40,799 nt of DNA from Polyangiales bacterium (GCA_038257655.1 JBBSJC010000002.1:1-40799), one strand, 5' to 3'. Positions 31,967-40,799 are shown, counted from the stretch's first letter. Notes: generated by a model not told the origin, from the letters alone. Numbers and translations: made by a program.

Positions 31967-32332
31967 ATTGATCGAGAGGGGCCGCCGCCCACAAGTCGAC
32001 ACCGGCTCGACAAGAGTAAGGCATCGGAAGCTGCTCAATAAGTTTCGCTACGAGCGCTTCTTGCTATTGCAGAGCGTGCCACAAGCGTGCTTCGGTGGGG
32101 CCGCTCTCGGGTACCGCGGGCTGACCAGACGCCTGAAGTTTAAGCTCGACGGTCTGGGGCCGAATAACGAGCAGGACTCGTCCGTCAGCCCTCGGCTTCT
32201 CAGAGGAAGCGCGCGAAATCTCGGATCTGGGCTCGAAAAAACTAAATGCCGACGTACCTTAGCCACCCCCATTAGGTTAAAGGCCGCCGACGCGAAGGCC
32301 GGGGGTGACAGCTCGGCGCAAAGGGAGATGAC

Positions 32333-33358
32333 ATGGTCGACAGCAGGCAACTCATGAAATGCATCGCGGTAGCAGCGCTGCTGGTTCTCGGTCTCGGCCG
32401 ACCGGTACAAGCCCAAGAATTCGTGATGAAGATCGCTACCGTAGCGCCAGACGACACGCCCTGGTCGGAGTTGCTCAAGCGCTATCAAGCTGCGGTCGAA
32501 AAGAAGTCCGGCGGCCGAATCAACGTGAAGTTGTTCCTTGGTGGCACGCTCGGCGACGAAAACGAGACCGTCATCAAGTGCAAACGCGGGCAGGTTCAGG
32601 CCGTTGCCGCGTCCACGGGCGCCGCGGCTTCCCAGGCGCCTGAGCTCAACGTGCTCGAGTTGCCTTACCTGTTCCGCGATGGCGACGAGGCCGACTTCAT
32701 CATCGATACCGTGCTCACTGCGCCGCTCGAAAAGGCCATGCGCCAGTACGGTCTGGTACTCGCATTCTGGAGCGAGAACGGCTTCCGTCAGTTCGGCACC
32801 AACGATGGGTTTGTAAGCTCGCCGGACCAGCTCAAGGGTAAAAAAATGCGCTCGCAGGAATCGCTTGTGCACCTTGAGATGTGGAAGGCCTTTGGCGCAT
32901 CGCCCGTGCCGATTCCGACAACGGAGGTGCTCACCGCTCTGCAGACTCATACAGTCGACGGTTTCGATCAGTCAGCTCTCTTCACGATCGCTGCGGGTTG
33001 GCACAAAACCGTGAAGTACTTCACGGTCTCCGACCACATGTATCAGCCCGCTGTCGTGTCGTTCAATGCGGAGTGGTTCGACAAGCTTCCTGCCGATCTA
33101 CAGAAGCTCTTGCTCGATGAAGGTCGCAGTTTGCAGGACAAGGGACGTAAGGCTGTCCGTTCGATCATGCCTGACCTACTCGCTGGAATCAAAGCCTCAG
33201 GTGTTCAGATCAAGGAGCTGAGCGTCGCGGAGAAAGCGACTTTCGAGAAATCTGCCTTGTCTGTGCGCAAAGTCTTCCGTAAACAGCAGGGGCCCAAAGC
33301 CGCCAAGCTGCTCGACTCTGTCGAAAAGGCATTGGCGCAGCGACGCAAAGGAAAGTAG
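32333..33358 (+). CDS. dctP: TRAP transporter substrate-binding protein (DctP family)
   Basis: 341 aa with an AGGGAG SD and a signal peptide (AVAALLVLGLGRPVQAQE). MKIATVAPDDTPWSELLKRY...INVKLFLGGTLGDENE..., LELPYLFRD and the overall length are typical of DctP-type receptors. Confidence 0.85.
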   Translation: MVDSRQLMKCIAVAALLVLGLGRPVQAQEFVMKIATVAPDDTPWSELLKRYQAAVEKKSGGRINVKLFLGGTLGDENETVIKCKRGQVQAVAASTGAAASQAPELNVLELPYLFRDGDEADFIIDTVLTAPLEKAMRQYGLVLAFWSENGFRQFGTNDGFVSSPDQLKGKKMRSQESLVHLEMWKAFGASPVPIPTTEVLTALQTHTVDGFDQSALFTIAAGWHKTVKYFTVSDHMYQPAVVSFNAEWFDKLPADLQKLLLDEGRSLQDKGRKAVRSIMPDLLAGIKASGVQIKELSVAEKATFEKSALSVRKVFRKQQGPKAAKLLDSVEKALAQRRKGK

Positions 33359-33361
33359 CTG

Positions 33362-34126
33362 ATGAAAGAGTCCCTGCGACGGATAGACGCGCTGCTCTAC
33401 AGAACGGAGCGCGTCCTCGCAGGCGCACTCTTCTTGTGCATGGCACTCGTCATGTTCGCGAGCGTCACGCACCGCGTATTTTCGCGGGAGGAAGGCCGTC
33501 TCGCAGGGATGTTGGCGGCTCTCGCTGGAGCCGACGTCGACCAGGCCACTCTAGATGGGCCGGCGACGCTTGCGCTCAACTTGCTGCTGACCTTTGCCTT
33601 CAGCTACGCGGCCCTGCGCACCATGCAGCGCAGCAAGGCATTGAGCACCGGACAAGCGCTCGGGCTTGCGCTCGTCGCGACGGTGGTGCTGGCGGGCATC
33701 GTCAAGCTGCTGTTGGTGACGCTACCAAACGGCCTCGTGTGGGGTTCGGTGGTGGCCCTAACTTGTATGCTTTGGGTGGGCTTTCTTGGCGCATCGATCG
33801 CGACCTACGAGAAGCGCCACTTGGCGCTCGAAATGGGCGAGAAGATCTGGCCGGAGCGCAGCATGCCCTATGTCCGCTCGGCGGCGATGGTCGCGGCTGC
33901 GCTGTTTTGTACGTTCCTCGTGGCGCTGTCAGTGATCTCGATCAGTGATCACTTCGCAAGTTGGGACGTGAACCCGTTGGCAGGCAATCTGCTCCCCACG
34001 CAGATCCCCAAGTGGGCTGTGTTCTTGATCTTCCCTTACACGTTCGTCGTGATGACGCTCAGGTTTGCCGGCTTTGCAAGTGGCGCCCTGCGCGGTGAAT
34101 CCGTGTTCGAGGAGAAGATCGGATGA
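33362..34126 (+). CDS. dctQ: TRAP transporter small permease (DctQ-like, unusually long)
   Basis: 254 aa, positioned between the dctP and dctM homologues, with an AAAGGAAAG SD. It has an N-terminal TM followed by the DctQ-like HRVFSR. There are at least 5 hydrophobic segments. The stop overlaps the dctM start (ATGA). Confidence 0.7.
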   Translation: MKESLRRIDALLYRTERVLAGALFLCMALVMFASVTHRVFSREEGRLAGMLAALAGADVDQATLDGPATLALNLLLTFAFSYAALRTMQRSKALSTGQALGLALVATVVLAGIVKLLLVTLPNGLVWGSVVALTCMLWVGFLGASIATYEKRHLALEMGEKIWPERSMPYVRSAAMVAAALFCTFLVALSVISISDHFASWDVNPLAGNLLPTQIPKWAVFLIFPYTFVVMTLRFAGFASGALRGESVFEEKIG

Positions 34127-35652
34127 CCTTACTATTCTTAGCGATTATTCTTTCTTTGGCGCTGATCGGCGCACCGCTCTTTCTGATCGTCGGCACCACG
34201 ACTGCGCTCTGCTTCATGCTGTTCACGCCTGACCATGGTCAGCTCGTGGACCTTCTACCGATCATGCAAAACATGGAGGGGCTGCTCACCAAGCAAGAGT
34301 TCCTCGCGATTCCCTTGTTTATGGCATCCGGCGCCGTCATGACCGCAGGCGGCATTGCGAAGCGTCTGGTCGATGTGGCGCGCGCAGGGCTCGGTTTCTT
34401 GCCGGGGGGCATGGCGGTCGCCTCCGTGGCCGCGTGCGTGTTCTTTGCCGCTATCTCCGGCTCCTCACCGGTCACCTTGATCGCGGTCGGCTCGATCATG
34501 CTGCCGGCGATGCTCGCCTCGGGTTATCCCGAGAACGCAGCGCTCGGCCTCGTCACCACCGCAGGCTCGCTCGGCTGTCTCGTGCCGCCGTCGATCTCGA
34601 TGCTGATCTACGCAATCAGCTTGTCAGGCTCGCCTGCGGCAGTCTCACCAGAAGACCTATTTTTGGCGGGGCTGTTACCGGCGCTGTTCATTGCGGGTCT
34701 GCTCGCGGTGTACGCCGTGTGGACTGGACGTAATACGGCACGCGAACCCTTCAACGGCGCTGCTTTCAAGCAAGCGGTGCAGGACGGCATCTGGGCGCTG
34801 CTTTTGCCACTGCTCGTGTTGGGCGGCATTTACGGCGGGTTCTACACGCCGTCGGAAGCGGGCGCGATCGCGACAGCCTATGCCCTCTTCGTAACGATCG
34901 TGGTTTACCGCGAGCTTACCTTTCGTAGGCTGATGGCGACCTTGGTCGAAGCGGCGACGCTCATGGGTGCGCTAATCCCGATCATCGTGCTCGCCTTTGG
35001 TTTGAACGAGTTCCTCGCGTTGATCGACATCCAAGACAAGCTGATGGCCTTGATTCGCAGCATGGAGCTTGGGCCCTTCGGTTTCATGTTGCTCGTGAAC
35101 GTGATCTTGATCGTGATCGGCGCCCTGATGGATTCGATCAGCTGCACGTTGATCTTCGCGCCGATGCTCGCGCCGATCGCCTACAACCTGTACGGAATCG
35201 ACCCTGTGCACTTCGGAGTGGTGTTCGTAGTGAACATGGAGATCGGCTATCTCATGCCGCCTGTCGCGACCAACCTGTTCGTGGCAGCGGCCGTGTTCAA
35301 GAAGCCCTTCGGACAGGTGGCGCGGGCCGTCATGCCTACCCTCGGCATCGTCTGTGCGGCGCTCGTCGCGATTATGTACGTGCCCACGATCTCCCGTGCT
35401 GCGATCAACTGGAGCACCGACCGTGACCTTTATCAGGCGTTTCCCTGGGAGGGCAGAGCGGTCGCGCAACCGGTGCAGCAGCCAGGATCGGCGGGTGCCA
35501 AGAAGGGCGCGGACGGGGAAGGGCAAGCGGCCTCACCGAACACCCAGGCTGCGCCGACTCGGGGCTTCGATCTCGGTTCGTTGAGTCGCAAATCCCTCGA
35601 TGCGATCGATGACGACGAAGCCGCGGACGCAGGAACCGCCAGCCCACTTTGA
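34123..35652 (+). CDS. dctM: TRAP transporter large permease (DctM) with hydrophilic C-terminal extension
   Basis: 509 aa. The DctM blocks are IPLFMASGAVM, FFAAISGSSPVTLIAVGSIMLP, LIPPSI-like CLVPPSISMLIY and VNMEIGYLMPPVATNLFV. The last 80 or so residues are low-complexity and soluble (QPGSAGAKKGADGEGQAASPN...DDDEAADAGTASPL). Confidence 0.9.
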   Translation: MTLLFLAIILSLALIGAPLFLIVGTTTALCFMLFTPDHGQLVDLLPIMQNMEGLLTKQEFLAIPLFMASGAVMTAGGIAKRLVDVARAGLGFLPGGMAVASVAACVFFAAISGSSPVTLIAVGSIMLPAMLASGYPENAALGLVTTAGSLGCLVPPSISMLIYAISLSGSPAAVSPEDLFLAGLLPALFIAGLLAVYAVWTGRNTAREPFNGAAFKQAVQDGIWALLLPLLVLGGIYGGFYTPSEAGAIATAYALFVTIVVYRELTFRRLMATLVEAATLMGALIPIIVLAFGLNEFLALIDIQDKLMALIRSMELGPFGFMLLVNVILIVIGALMDSISCTLIFAPMLAPIAYNLYGIDPVHFGVVFVVNMEIGYLMPPVATNLFVAAAVFKKPFGQVARAVMPTLGIVCAALVAIMYVPTISRAAINWSTDRDLYQAFPWEGRAVAQPVQQPGSAGAKKGADGEGQAASPNTQAAPTRGFDLGSLSRKSLDAIDDDEAADAGTASPL

Positions 35653-35762
35653 GCCCCCGTCCCCGCGCGGGGATGTAGACACCACGTCGACTCGCGTGGC
35701 GATCTTGTGATAGATCGCTGAAGCGCGGCCACTCCCCAGTGCCTCGCTGAGCTGGCAACGAC

Positions 35763-36971
35763 GTGAATAACTTCTTCCTAATTCTTATCTCGCTGCCGTT
35801 GGTCGGCGCGCTCATCGGCTACGTCTGTAAGTGGCTCGCGATCAAAATGCTGTTTCATCCTTCCACCTTCGTGGGCATCGGTCCGCTGGGTTGGCAAGGC
35901 GTGGTGCAGCGCCGCGCGCCGAAGTTTGCGGCGGGCGTCGCGGACACGGTCGCCAGCACGGGCATTAGCGTCGAGGGCTTATTGGAGCGCATCGACCCCC
36001 AGGAGGTTGCTGCGCTGAGCGGGCCCATGCTCGACGCACTCGCGCCCGACCTGGTGCGATCTCTGATGGAAGAAGTGAAGCCGGGCGCCTACGAGCAGCT
36101 GCCGGTCGAAGTTCGCAGCGGACTCGTCGCACAGCTCAGCCAACAAGGGCGCACGCTGGTGGCCGCACTCGTTGTGTCGTTGCGACCGGTGATTGCCGAC
36201 GTGGTCGACGTCAAGCGCGTGGTGGTCGCGCAACTGTCTGGTGCCAATGCGGACCGTCTGGCCCGCTTATTTCAGCGCGTAGGACGGCGCGAGCTGCAAG
36301 TGGTCATCTACTACGGGGCGGTTCTGGGCTTTCTGATCGGCGTGCTCGAGGTCGGTGGTTACGCCGTGCTCGAGAAGTGGTGGCTATTGCCGATCATCGG
36401 TGCGGTCGACGGGCTGGTGAACAACTGGCTTGCGATTCAGATGATCTTTCGTCCGCTCGAAAAGAAGCGCTATTTGGGCGTGTTTCCCTTTCAAGGCCTG
36501 TTTCCTGCGCGTCAGGCCGAGATCTCGTCTGAGTATTCGCTGATGTTGGCCGACGAAGTGCTCGCACCCCGTGATGTTGCGAGTCACATCGATGCGGCGG
36601 GGCGCGCGCGCCTGCAGCAGGCTGCGGTCGACACGATAGAACGCGAGGCAGGGCCGCTCGTGCACGGGCTCGGCATGATGCTCGGTACAACGATCACACC
36701 CGAAATTCGGGCGCGTATTCTGCTGAGGATCAGCGCCCACCTCACCATTGCCGCGCCCGACTACCTGCCGGGCATCGAAGCTGCGCTCAAGGAGCGCCTG
36801 TCCGTCGCGAAGACCATCGAGCGGCAGCTGACGATCATGCCCAAACGCGAGTTTGAGAGCGTGCTGCGCGGGGTGTTCGAGGAAGACGAGTGGATTTTGG
36901 TCTCGCTCGGCGGATTCCTGGGCGGCGCTATCGGCATGTTGCAGGGGGCGATTGTGCTCTGGCTGCAGTGA
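35763..36971 (+). CDS. DUF445-family membrane protein
   Basis: 402 aa with a GTG start. It has an N-terminal TM followed by KWLAIKMLFHPSTFVGIGPLGWQGVVQRRAPKFA, and the repeat WLAIQMIFRPLEKKRYLGVFPFQGLFPARQAEI. This duplicated M-x-F-x-P...G-x-I/F-P motif is what I associate with DUF445. Confidence 0.6.
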   Translation: MNNFFLILISLPLVGALIGYVCKWLAIKMLFHPSTFVGIGPLGWQGVVQRRAPKFAAGVADTVASTGISVEGLLERIDPQEVAALSGPMLDALAPDLVRSLMEEVKPGAYEQLPVEVRSGLVAQLSQQGRTLVAALVVSLRPVIADVVDVKRVVVAQLSGANADRLARLFQRVGRRELQVVIYYGAVLGFLIGVLEVGGYAVLEKWWLLPIIGAVDGLVNNWLAIQMIFRPLEKKRYLGVFPFQGLFPARQAEISSEYSLMLADEVLAPRDVASHIDAAGRARLQQAAVDTIEREAGPLVHGLGMMLGTTITPEIRARILLRISAHLTIAAPDYLPGIEAALKERLSVAKTIERQLTIMPKREFESVLRGVFEEDEWILVSLGGFLGGAIGMLQGAIVLWLQ

Positions 36972-37049
36972 GCCCGAGAGCTTGCTACGCACGGCTGGTG
37001 ATACAGCGCTGTAACCAAAATGCCGGCCCTAGACGTTATAGGATAGCCC

Positions 37050-39515
37050 GTGACGCCTGAGACGTTGCCCAGGGGGCCCGCGCGCGTTTTTGCCCGCATA
37101 GGACGACTGGTTATCCACTACCCGCGCACGGTGTTACTGGCCGTGTTGCTTGCGTCTTTGGGTTTCGCACTCGCGATCCCAAACCTTCAGATCGATCCGT
37201 CCCCGCGAGCGTTGCTGGCCTCAGCCGATCCGGAACGTGAGCTTGCGGAGGTGCGCAGTCGCGCGTTGTTCGACTCGACCGACAACATCATGATTGTGCT
37301 GGTCGAAGCACCCGACGTGTTGCGTCAGGATGTGCTCACGCTCGTGCACGGCCTGAGCAATGACCTGGCTAGTGCGCCGGCGGTGAAGCGCGTCGATTCG
37401 CTGACGACGATTCCGTGGCCGAAGCCAGCGAGTGATGAGCTGTCTCTCGATGATCTCGGTGATACGCCAGACCCAGGTGCCTCGTCGGACATGCTCGGGG
37501 CTGTGGCGGACTTGGTTGCGAGCGCGCCCGATGCCTTCCCTGATGGCCTGGCAAGCCTTGCGAGCCAAGGATCTGGCGAGCTTGCGCCACTAGTCTCGGG
37601 AGCGGACGTCACAGAGCAGGACGTGCAGCGCGTGCGGGAGGCCGTCGAACGTGCGCCGCAGCTGAAGGGGCGCCTGATCAGTGCTGACGGCCGGTATCTG
37701 CTGGTGGTCGTGACGTTCGAAGACAACCTTACCAAGCACAAGGACTTGCAAGCCGCGGTCGAAGGCGTCAGCAAGCGCGCTCTCGCACGCACGCTACCGG
37801 ACTCCGTACACGTCAGCTTGGGCGGCCTGCCGGTCGTGCGCACACGGCTCGTCGATCAGATTCGCAAAGATCAGCGCATCTTGATCCCGTGCACGCTGCT
37901 TGCGTGCTTGCTCGTGTTGGTGCTGTCTTTTCGCTGGGTGCCTGCGGTCGCGCTGCCTTTGTTGACGGTCGCTATCACCGCGCTGTGGTTGCTGGGTGGC
38001 ATGGCGGTGTGGGGCGAGCCGCTCAATGTGCTCAACAACATTCTGCCGGCACTTGTGATCATCATCGGTCTCAACGAATCCGTGCACTTCATCGGTCGCT
38101 ACGCCGAAGAGTATCAACGCGACAGCGATCGCAAACAGGCGCTGGTGCGCACGTTCAGGGCGATGGGTCCAGCCTGTCTGATGACGACCTTGACGTCTGC
38201 TATCGGGATGGCAGCGCTGCTCGTGTCGCGAACGGAGATGCTGCAGCGTTTCGGTCTGGTTGGCGCGTGCGGTTTGTTGCTCGCCTATGTCGTGACGATT
38301 CTGCTCGTGCCCGCTGCACTTTCGCTGCTGAGTCTGCCGCCCCGGCAGACGCAGAGGCGACAGGACCGCGGCACGCTGGCTGCGATCATTGCGCGCGTTT
38401 GCACGACCGCGCTGCGCTCGCCCTGGTGGGTGCTCGCGGGCACCTTACTGATAAGCGCAGGGGCCGGCTACGCATCCACAAAAGTCGTGGTCGATAGCGC
38501 GCTACTCGATCAGTTTCCGAAGACGGATCCGGTCTATGTGAGTACGCAGGTGCTCGAGAAGAAGTTCGAGGGCGTGAGACCGCTTGAGCTGGTGTTGACG
38601 AGCCCCAAAGCCGGCCGCTTTCTTGAGCCCGCGCTGCTTGCAAAGGTGTCCTCGATTGCGAAGTGGGCCGCGGCGCAACGCGGCGTACTGCGTGTGTACG
38701 CGCCAGCGGAGCCGCTTTCGCAGGTGTGGTCCGCGCTCTCAGGACGCAAGCTCGATACGAATGATGCCCTGCGCTCCAGCACGCAGGTCGACGCGCTAGT
38801 GCGCATTCTTTACGAACGTCAGCCGCGGCTGCTGTCGCCGCTGATGACGCGGGACGCAAAGAGTGTGCGCGTGCGGATTCGCCTGGCAGACATAGGGTCC
38901 AAAGCGACGGGCCAGTTCGTCGAACGCCTCGAGAAAAAGGTGGCTTCCGCGCTCGGCGCGTACAAGGACGTCAAGCTCGAGGTTGGCGGCGATGCTCAAG
39001 TGAGCTCCCGTGGCCTTGAAGCGGTGGTCACTGATCTATCGGGCAGCGTGACGGTCGCAGCCTTACTGATCTTCGCGCTACTCGCCACGTTACTGGGTGA
39101 TCCACGCCTGGCAGCCTTGGCCGTCCCACCCAACCTCGTGCCTCAGGTCTGGACCATGGCGTGGATGGCCATGCGCGGGATCCCGCTCAACGCATCGACG
39201 GCGATCATCTTCTCCCTGAGCATCGGCCTTGCGGTCGATGGCGGTATTCATTTGCTCTCGCGCTTTCAAGAGGAGCGCGCCCGCGGCATGCTCGTCAGCC
39301 TGTCGATCATACGCGCAGTGCGTGGGGCAGGGCGCAGCATCGTCGTGTCGAGCCTGGCGCTGATTTTGGGCTTTTCTACGATGTTTTTGAGCAACTTCGT
39401 GCCAGTGCAGCGCTTTGCGGAGCTGGTGGTCGTCAGCATGACCGGCTGCTTGGTTGCGACGCTCGTGCTGCAACCTGTGTTGCTTCACTTGTTTGCCGCT
39501 CGAAAGCGCGCGTGA
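37050..39515 (+). CDS. MMPL/RND-superfamily transporter (two 6-TM bundles, two periplasmic domains)
   Basis: 821 aa with a GTG start. Its organisation is TM1, a roughly 230-aa soluble domain, 5 TMs (LIPCTLLACLLVL...IIIGLNESVHFIGRY...), a second TM, a roughly 220-aa soluble domain and 5 more TMs (SLSIGLAVDGGIHLLSRF). This is typical of MMPL/HpnN-like exporters. Confidence 0.8.
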   Translation: MTPETLPRGPARVFARIGRLVIHYPRTVLLAVLLASLGFALAIPNLQIDPSPRALLASADPERELAEVRSRALFDSTDNIMIVLVEAPDVLRQDVLTLVHGLSNDLASAPAVKRVDSLTTIPWPKPASDELSLDDLGDTPDPGASSDMLGAVADLVASAPDAFPDGLASLASQGSGELAPLVSGADVTEQDVQRVREAVERAPQLKGRLISADGRYLLVVVTFEDNLTKHKDLQAAVEGVSKRALARTLPDSVHVSLGGLPVVRTRLVDQIRKDQRILIPCTLLACLLVLVLSFRWVPAVALPLLTVAITALWLLGGMAVWGEPLNVLNNILPALVIIIGLNESVHFIGRYAEEYQRDSDRKQALVRTFRAMGPACLMTTLTSAIGMAALLVSRTEMLQRFGLVGACGLLLAYVVTILLVPAALSLLSLPPRQTQRRQDRGTLAAIIARVCTTALRSPWWVLAGTLLISAGAGYASTKVVVDSALLDQFPKTDPVYVSTQVLEKKFEGVRPLELVLTSPKAGRFLEPALLAKVSSIAKWAAAQRGVLRVYAPAEPLSQVWSALSGRKLDTNDALRSSTQVDALVRILYERQPRLLSPLMTRDAKSVRVRIRLADIGSKATGQFVERLEKKVASALGAYKDVKLEVGGDAQVSSRGLEAVVTDLSGSVTVAALLIFALLATLLGDPRLAALAVPPNLVPQVWTMAWMAMRGIPLNASTAIIFSLSIGLAVDGGIHLLSRFQEERARGMLVSLSIIRAVRGAGRSIVVSSLALILGFSTMFLSNFVPVQRFAELVVVSMTGCLVATLVLQPVLLHLFAARKRA

Positions 39516-39534
39516 CATCTCCAGGGCCTTGGGT

Positions 39535-40799
39535 GTGAGCCTACAATCTGCGCGCGTCTGGTCGGTCGTTTCGATCGTATGCATGGCGCTCGCGGGCTTC
39601 TGGGCGTTCAGGAGCCTGCGCGTTACCGGCGATATCGACGCTTTTGTGCCGCAAGCGGAGGATGGCGTCTCGTCGCAAGCAGCGCAGAGTCTGGCCAGCT
39701 CCGACCTGACGCGGACGATCATCGTGACGCTGCACGACAGCTCGCCCACGCACGCGGTCCAGTTGGCGCGAGCTTTTGCGCAGTCACTTGCACCCCACGC
39801 GTCCACGCTCTTCAAGCGGATCGAATCGGGCCCGCAAGCAGGCCTCGAAAAACGCGTGTACGACCTGTACTTTCCGCGTCGCTATCTGTTCGTCGCGCCT
39901 AGCGCCAAGGCCGTGACTGCGCTCAATGCGGCCTGGGTTGAAGAACGAGTAGCGAGTCTGCGCACGCAGCTGATGGGGCCGCTGTCGCCGATGATCGCGC
40001 GCATCGCCCCGGACGATCCGTGGCTTGTTTTTCCGACCTTACTGTCTCAACTGCGCAGCAACGGCGGTTCCGCGCTCGAGGTGCACGAGGGCGGTTACGT
40101 GGTGTCGGGCAAGCCCACCGCCGTCGTATTCTTGACCGGCAGCGCTTCGCCTTTCGATTCGGATGCGGCGATTCGCGTCAGCGCAGCGCTAGAGGCGGCG
40201 AAGCAAAATGTGCTGAAAATAAGCCCGAGCGCGCGCATCGACATCGCCAGCGTCTACGCCTTTAGCCGCGACGCACGTGAGCAGGTTGAGCGCGATATCG
40301 GCCGCATCTCGACCGTCAGCACCATCGCTATCGTGCTGTTGTTCCTGCTGCTCTTTCGAAGTCTGCGCTCGCTTGCGCTCGGTGCTGTCACGTTGGGCGC
40401 TGGCGTGATTGCAGGCGTGGTTGCCTGCCGTCTGATTTTCGGCTCGATTCATGGCATCACCTTGGCGCTCGGAGCCTCGCTGCTTGGCGTCGGCATCGAC
40501 TTCGTCGCTCACTATGTAAACCACTGCGCGCTCGAAAAAGACCGCTCGCCGCAAGACATCATGGGCTCGCTGTGGCCCGGTTTATCGCTGGGCGGCATGA
40601 CCACGGCCTTGGGCTTTCTCGCCTTTGCTTGGAGCTCGTTCATCGGCATGCGCGAGTTTGCGGTGTTCTCGTTTGCCTCGATCGCAGCCTCGCTGCTCGC
40701 GACCCGTTATTGGTGCCCGCCGTGGATGCCGACGGCGAAGGAGCCTGCGTTCTTCCATCGCAAGCTGCTGTCTGGGCTCTCGCATTGGGTTCGCTTGAG
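39535..40799 (+). CDS. second MMPL/RND-superfamily 'predicted exporter' (COG4258-like), 5' partial, runs off the window
   Basis: The reading frame is open from the GTG at 39535 to the window end (421 codons). It is absent from the ORF track because it has no stop. The hand translation begins SLQSARVWSVVSIVCMALAGFWAFRSLRVTGDIDAFVPQ. A roughly 230-aa soluble domain follows, then TMs (ISTVSTIAIVLLFLLLFRSLRS..., GASLLGVGIDFVAHYVNH, GGMTTALGFLAFAWSS). The start codon is uncertain: TTG 39529, GTG 39535 or ATG 39583. Confidence 0.7.
   Translation, partial: MSLQSARVWSVVSIVCMALAGFWAFRSLRVTGDIDAFVPQAEDGVSSQAAQSLASSDLTRTIIVTLHDSSPTHAVQLARAFAQSLAPHASTLFKRIESGPQAGLEKRVYDLYFPRRYLFVAPSAKAVTALNAAWVEERVASLRTQLMGPLSPMIARIAPDDPWLVFPTLLSQLRSNGGSALEVHEGGYVVSGKPTAVVFLTGSASPFDSDAAIRVSAALEAAKQNVLKISPSARIDIASVYAFSRDAREQVERDIGRISTVSTIAIVLLFLLLFRSLRSLALGAVTLGAGVIAGVVACRLIFGSIHGITLALGASLLGVGIDFVAHYVNHCALEKDRSPQDIMGSLWPGLSLGGMTTALGFLAFAWSSFIGMREFAVFSFASIAASLLATRYWCPPWMPTAKEPAFFHRKLLSGLSHWVRL

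Noticed and set aside
35661-35672. The 12-nt palindrome CCCCGCGCGGGG, 9 nt after the dctM stop, as an intrinsic terminator.
   Set aside because: It can form only a 4-bp stem with a 4-nt loop, and there is no U-tract. That is too weak to call.
1-40799. I looked for CRISPR arrays, tRNA or rRNA genes, transposases, integrases, phage or toxin-antitoxin genes, and known defence-system genes.
   Set aside because: I saw no regularly spaced repeats, no tRNA-like T-arm (GTTCGAATC-type) sequences in the intergenic regions, and no ORF with recombinase, nuclease, ATPase or defence signatures. I could not run tRNAscan, Infernal or profile searches, so small RNAs cannot be excluded.

Overview
High-GC bacterial chromosomal segment. 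The gene style suggests Myxococcota or another high-GC proteobacterium, but that is inference only. All calls come from reading the ORF track and the sequence by eye and from motif recall; no database search was run.

Gene content, left to right:
(1) A roughly 12.5 kb metal-resistance block. It holds chrA with a divergent TAT-exported Fe/Mn-type SOD (ChrC-like). It also holds a tightly coupled five-gene operon: a BlaI-type repressor, a sensor-less M56/BlaR1-like protease with a His/Cys-rich loop, a TolC-like outer membrane factor, a His-rich adaptor, and a CusA/CzcA-family RND pump. A convergent copA-copB pair completes the block.
(2) A decayed spacer upstream of copA with gene relics: an OmpR-type C-terminus and a possible truncated-hemoglobin remnant.
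(3) A divergent TetR / DUF3995-like membrane gene pair with two clear palindromic operators.
(4) A GGDEF cyclase, an internally deleted alpha/beta-hydrolase relic, and a convergent FAD-oxidase (D2HGDH-like) / serA pair.
(5) An acidic-tail protein, a YceI-like protein, and a 161-nt perfectly centred long inverted repeat (MITE or structured-RNA candidate).
(6) DUF4336-like, VOC, lipoprotein GH31 (YihQ-like) and DUF3634-like genes.
(7) A 952-aa lipoprotein fusing a YVTN-type beta-propeller to a di-haem cytochrome c peroxidase/MauG-like module, followed by a 2OG-Fe(II) oxygenase and a glutathione peroxidase.
(8) A small DUF3553-like protein with a Lys/Ala/Pro tail, and a KefC 3' relic.
(9) A TRAP transporter (dctPQM), a DUF445 membrane protein and two consecutive MMPL/RND-superfamily exporters, the last running off the window.

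I recognised no rRNA, tRNA, CRISPR array, transposase or integrase.

The most interesting candidate for an undescribed system is the BlaI/M56 proteolytic switch wired to a heavy-metal RND pump. Its His/Cys-rich loop sits where BlaR1 normally couples to its penicillin sensor domain.
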